This document shows positions 60,174 through 64,000 of a DNA stretch of 64,000 nt, in pieces. The notes under the pieces are model-generated. The model was given only the letters and a program-made list of their open reading frames with translations. It was not told the origin of the DNA and did no database searches. The position numbers were made by a program, and so were the translations under genes. Source of the DNA: an uncultured Armatimonadia bacterium (lineage in GTDB: Bacteria; Armatimonadota; Zipacnadia; CAVVLO01). The stretch covers positions 576,001 through 640,000 of the forward strand of contig CAVVLO010000002.1 in the NCBI GenBank assembly GCA_963749155.1, written 5' to 3'. The number at the start of each line of letters is the position of its first letter. The first letter of the stretch is position 1.

Positions 60174-61025
60174 CTATTTCTTGCCACGCGCAGCGAGTAT
60201 GAGTTCATAGGCTGCGCGCTTCGTCAGGTCAAATTGGTCTGCAAGTTCGGCAGCCAGCTCCTTGGAAGGCCTGTCCGTTGCTGCCAGAGTCCTGGCTCTG
60301 ACCTCGGCCTCTTCTCTGGACTCTTCAGTAGGAGCCTGCCTTTCTGGCTTTGGCCCGACAACTACAACTACCTCGCCCAGCCACTTGCGTCCATGGCAGG
60401 CGCGCGCAACTTCGAGCACAGGGCCGCGGATAAGCTCCTCATGCAGTTTGGTCAGTTCGCGTCCAAGGCAGATTTGCCGCTCGGGCTCGCAGGTTGCGGC
60501 AAGCTGAGCCAGGGTGTTCTCCATACGACCCGGCGCCTCAAAAAAGACCACCGGGGTAGCGGCTTCCGCAATCGCCTGCAGCGCCTTCAGATGGCCTCCG
60601 GCGCCTTTTGGAAGAAAACCCACAAAACTGTAGGCCCCCGCATCGAAGCCCGCTACTGAGAGTAATGCCGATATTGAGCTCGGGCCCGGGATTGGGACAA
60701 CGGTAATCTCTTCGGCATGACAGGCCTCCACCAGACGTGAGCCAGGATCGCTGATGGCAGGTGTCCCCGCGTCGGTTATCAGGGCGATTGAAAGGCCCTG
60801 CTTCAGCTTGCCGACGAGTTCCGGGATACGCTTGGCCTCGTTGAATTTATGGTAGCTGATGAGTGGCCTGGAGAGGCCCAGCGCCGTCACCAGCTTGCGC
60901 GAGTGGCGGGTGTCCTCGGCAGCTATCAGGTCAACTTCGCCCAGCACTCGTTCCGCGCGGCGCGTGATATCTTCAAGATTGCCAATCGGGGTAGCTACCA
61001 CATAAAGCGTGCCGCTAGTCTCCAT
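60174..61025 (-). CDS. rsmI: 16S rRNA (cytidine1402-2'-O)-methyltransferase
   Basis: 'LYVVATPIGNLEDIT', 'AEDTR', 'DAGTPAISDPG' and 'RELTKLHEE'. Confidence 0.95.
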   Translation of the reverse strand: METSGTLYVVATPIGNLEDITRRAERVLGEVDLIAAEDTRHSRKLVTALGLSRPLISYHKFNEAKRIPELVGKLKQGLSIALITDAGTPAISDPGSRLVEACHAEEITVVPIPGPSSISALLSVAGFDAGAYSFVGFLPKGAGGHLKALQAIAEAATPVVFFEAPGRMENTLAQLAATCEPERQICLGRELTKLHEELIRGPVLEVARACHGRKWLGEVVVVVGPKPERQAPTEESREEAEVRARTLAATDRPSKELAAELADQFDLTKRAAYELILAARGKK

Positions 61026-62352
61026 AAGGATTCCTCTCAGTGACATCGTCCTCGAACGATTCACCACTCATCGAGCAGAGTTCGGCGCATTTCTCCAGAG
61101 AATGCTTTACAAGTACCGGCCCGATAAGCTCCGCCACTGCAACACCTGTCAACACCACATCGGTCATCCAGCCTGCATATTGGTCGAAGGAGGGCATCTG
61201 CTGCAGCGCGAACACCAGGCCAACCGCCACGCCCGCCTGCGGTATTAGGGCTGGCCCGAGATAACATCGCACCGACTTGTGCGCCCGTATCAATTTGGCG
61301 CCCCATTGCGCCCCATAGTATTTTCCGAGAGCCCTTGCGAGGATGAAAGCCACCCCCAGCGCGCCCGAAGCCCACAGCGCAGGTAAGGACAGATGAGCAC
61401 CAGCAAGCACAAAGAAGACTACGTAGATGGGTGATTCCAGCTTGTTGATAGCCTCGAAGGCGCGCGTGTCCTGCCGGTGGTGATTCACAATAACAAAGCC
61501 TGCGGTCATCCCTGCCAGCATAGGGGAGAAACCCATTAGACCTGCCAGCGATCCCATCAGCAGCAGCGTGCCAAAGCTGATAATCTGCACATCCTCCTGG
61601 CGGTGAGTAAAGGCTAGTGCAAAGTGGGTGAACCAGGCTATAAGCGCGCCCCACAGCAAGCTGCCCAGGATGATGCCTGCCGCTCCACCGGGTACAGCCA
61701 TCGCCGCAGTTGTGTGGGCCGGATCGCTGAATAACCGCGCAAACAGGGCGAAGAAGCCGATTGCCATCGCATTGTCAATCGCGACCGAGGCTACCAGCGC
61801 GCGGGAGACAGGCCCTATCGCCCCAAGCTCGCGTACCATTGCCAGGGTGGTCGCTGGCGCGGTCGCCATCGCTATCGCCCCAAGCAGACAAGCGGCAATC
61901 AACGGGCTTGCAGGCCCAGTTTGCTGGACCACGCCCAGGGATACCGTCGAACCGAGCAACCAGGTAGCGCCAAAGACGAAAGTGAAAGCGAGGCTTGCTT
62001 CTATCAGGGGAAGGATCAGCACTCCCCCACCGATGCGCTTAAGCGTTGCCAGATTGAGCTTCTCACCGATGCCAAAGGCAATCAGCATCAGGGCGATGTC
62101 GGTGAAGGCGCGCAACTTTTCACCAACCATTGTCTCACTGATGAAGCCAAATCCTGAAGGCCCAATGACCAAACCGGCGATAATATAACCTGTGATAGAG
62201 GGCAGTCGGACAAGCCTTGCCAGACGCCCGCAGGTATAACCAAAAACTAGTGCCAAAGCCAGCCCCAGCATGGGATCGGCGCCCGCAGCAGAACTCTTTA
62301 AGGTTCCGAGCAGGTCAAGTAATTCTGCGATCATTTGGTTTGCGGCAGTCAA
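61015..62352 (-). CDS. Cation:proton antiporter
   Basis: 'LPSITGYIIAGLVIGP', 'ATAPATT', 'AIDN', 'FFVLAGA' and 'PQAGVAVGL'. Confidence 0.88.
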   Translation of the reverse strand: MTAANQMIAELLDLLGTLKSSAAGADPMLGLALALVFGYTCGRLARLVRLPSITGYIIAGLVIGPSGFGFISETMVGEKLRAFTDIALMLIAFGIGEKLNLATLKRIGGGVLILPLIEASLAFTFVFGATWLLGSTVSLGVVQQTGPASPLIAACLLGAIAMATAPATTLAMVRELGAIGPVSRALVASVAIDNAMAIGFFALFARLFSDPAHTTAAMAVPGGAAGIILGSLLWGALIAWFTHFALAFTHRQEDVQIISFGTLLLMGSLAGLMGFSPMLAGMTAGFVIVNHHRQDTRAFEAINKLESPIYVVFFVLAGAHLSLPALWASGALGVAFILARALGKYYGAQWGAKLIRAHKSVRCYLGPALIPQAGVAVGLVFALQQMPSFDQYAGWMTDVVLTGVAVAELIGPVLVKHSLEKCAELCSMSGESFEDDVTERNPYGD

Positions 62353-62414
62353 GGGTCACTCCCCAGTCGGAAAGGTTCCTGCTTTTAGAGTTTACCCGGA
62401 GAGTCCAAAAACTC

Positions 62415-62443
62415 AAAGGGGCCGCCCGAAGGCAGCCCCCTTT
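62415..62443 (-). terminator. Probable terminator hairpin after the RND gene
   Basis: AAAGGGGCCGCC-CGAA-GGCAGCCCCCTTT. Confidence 0.55.
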
Positions 62444-62463
62444 CTCGCCGAGTTCACGTCGGG

Positions 62464-64000
62464 TCAGTCCTCTATCTCATGCACTGTCTGGGGTGGTTTG
62501 CCACCGATCTTTGAATAGATGACAGGCACGACAACCAGCGTCAGCAGCGTGCTGGTTATATACCCACCGATGACCCCGACTGCCATTGGAGAACGCAACT
62601 CGCTGCCCTTCCCCAGCGCCAGTGCCGTCGGGATCAGCGCGAAGATCAGCGTTGCCGCTGTCATCATAATCGGGCGGAACCTCGTCTTGCCCGCCTCGAT
62701 CAGCGCTTCCTTAACAGGCAACCCGCGCCCTTGCAGCACGCCGGCATAGTCCAGCATCAGGATGGCGTTCTTCGTCACAAGCCCCATAAGCATCACGACC
62801 CCGATGGCCGAGATGATGTTGAGGCTCTTGCCCGCCAGCAGCAGCGCCCAGATGACACCCGAGATAGCCAGCGGCAGCGAGAACATAATGACGAAAGGCG
62901 TACGCAGTGACTCGAACTGCGCCGACAGAGTCGCGAACACGAAGATGACTGCCAGGATAAGGGCCACTCCGATATTACTCAAGGCGTCGCGTATCATAGT
63001 CGCCTCGCCCTCAAAGCCGAGTCCGTAACCAGGTGCGAAGGAGACTTTATCAACGACTTCCTTTTGAAACAGCCCTTGTACGTTGAGTGGGAAGAATCCT
63101 TGGGCAACGCTGCCTCGCACAACCACGATGCGTCCCTGATCTCTATGGCGTATCTGCGTGGGGCCTGTGCCAACGGTGACTGTGGCGACGCTCGAAAGCG
63201 GGACCATGTGGCCCTGCATATTCGGGATTTTCAGCGACTCGAGCTGTTCGCGCGTGGCGCGGTCGGTCTCTCTGAGGCGCACCAGCATGTTGTACTCGTT
63301 GCCGGCCTCTCGATACACACCGGCATCGGTACCAGCCAGCGCAGTGCGCACCACCGAGGAAATCTGCGCCACCGGAAGGCCAAAGTGAGCGGCCTTCATC
63401 CGGTCGATCTGGACTCGCAACTCGGGCTTGCCAGGCTTCATTGAGGTGTCAACGTCTACTGCCCCAGGAATCGCGGCCAGTCCCTTTGCCAGTTGGTTGG
63501 CGTAATCCGTCAGCTGGGCAAGCTCCTGTCCATGCAACTGCACCTGCAGCGGCGCGTCTTCCCTGCTGCTGCTATCAAGAGCCGCGTAGATATGCGTACC
63601 CGGGTAATCGGTTGCCCACTGGCGCACCTCCTGGACATACTGCCAGGAGGGCTTGTGCTTGTCCTTCAGGATGATCGAGATGCTGGCCATCTCCGCGCCG
63701 GAGCTGGAGCCGCCGAACATGCTGCCGCCGCCAGAGCCCACGGTCGCCATCACGTCCTGTACTTCGTCGAATGTCTTCAGGCGCTGCTCGATCTGGATGG
63801 AAACAGCATCTGTGGTCGCCAATTGCGCCCCGGTGGGCAGCTCTATCAACATATAGAACTTGCCCTCGTCCTGCTGAGGCTGAAACTCCCCACCCAGGAA
63901 CTTGGCCGGCAGCAGGCTGACGATGAACAGGCCCAGAGCCAATAGCAACGTCAGCCAGGGCCTGGCCAGCGCGAGCTCGATTACCTTGCCATAACCATCC
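62464..64000 (-). CDS. RND efflux permease (AcrB/AcrD/AcrF family), C-terminal half; 5' end outside the window
   Basis: 'EFQPQQDEG', 'AQFES', 'GLVTKNAILMLD', 'RFRPIMMT' and 'STLLTLVVVPVIY'. Confidence 0.92.
   Translation of the reverse strand, partial: DGYGKVIELALARPWLTLLLALGLFIVSLLPAKFLGGEFQPQQDEGKFYMLIELPTGAQLATTDAVSIQIEQRLKTFDEVQDVMATVGSGGGSMFGGSSSGAEMASISIILKDKHKPSWQYVQEVRQWATDYPGTHIYAALDSSSREDAPLQVQLHGQELAQLTDYANQLAKGLAAIPGAVDVDTSMKPGKPELRVQIDRMKAAHFGLPVAQISSVVRTALAGTDAGVYREAGNEYNMLVRLRETDRATREQLESLKIPNMQGHMVPLSSVATVTVGTGPTQIRHRDQGRIVVVRGSVAQGFFPLNVQGLFQKEVVDKVSFAPGYGLGFEGEATMIRDALSNIGVALILAVIFVFATLSAQFESLRTPFVIMFSLPLAISGVIWALLLAGKSLNIISAIGVVMLMGLVTKNAILMLDYAGVLQGRGLPVKEALIEAGKTRFRPIMMTAATLIFALIPTALALGKGSELRSPMAVGVIGGYITSTLLTLVVVPVIYSKIGGKPPQTVHEIED

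Noticed and set aside
1..64000. CRISPR array, rRNA, intact transposase/integrase or phage genes
   Set aside because: No regularly spaced repeats or matching ORFs were seen. Only relics are present.

Overview
This GC-rich bacterial window has three zones; gene content suggests an uncultured Armatimonadota/PVC-like organism, which is inference. (1) 1-27 kb holds carbohydrate-active genes: two GH36-like proteins, a beta-helix (GH141-like) enzyme, GH99/GH71-like, GH89-like and GxGYxYP proteins, a Gfo/Idh/MocA oxidoreductase and a sugar isomerase. It also holds an MBOAT (AlgI-like) plus two AlgJ/AlgX-like O-acylation cluster whose two accessory proteins share an unnamed domain. (2) 27.0-37.1 kb is a ~10 kb island at the 3' end of an initiator tRNA-Met. 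It is bounded by a ~135-bp direct repeat (~92% identical in its 125-bp core) that looks like the last codons of a recombinase gene. It carries IS3-like scars, two BNR/sialidase-like genes, a D-lyxose-type isomerase and a large secreted HExxH protein. (3) 37.2-64 kb is a mostly minus-strand core-like region. It has a compact TCA-type operon (LeuA-fold synthase, LeuC/D-type hydratase, NADP-IDH, MDH, two-subunit fumarase), polyprenyl synthetase, nucleoside hydrolase and a DegT aminotransferase. It also has an unusual operon (degenerate-M28/PA/FtsX fusion, OPT-like transporter, tandem-domain protein, AEC carrier, TPR-HExxH protein), then SOD, a discoidin protein, rsmI, a cation antiporter and an RND permease. 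About 13 frameshifts, mostly +1 insertions, interrupt otherwise intact genes and are most likely assembly errors. No CRISPR array or rRNA was seen. All family assignments come from motif recognition by eye.
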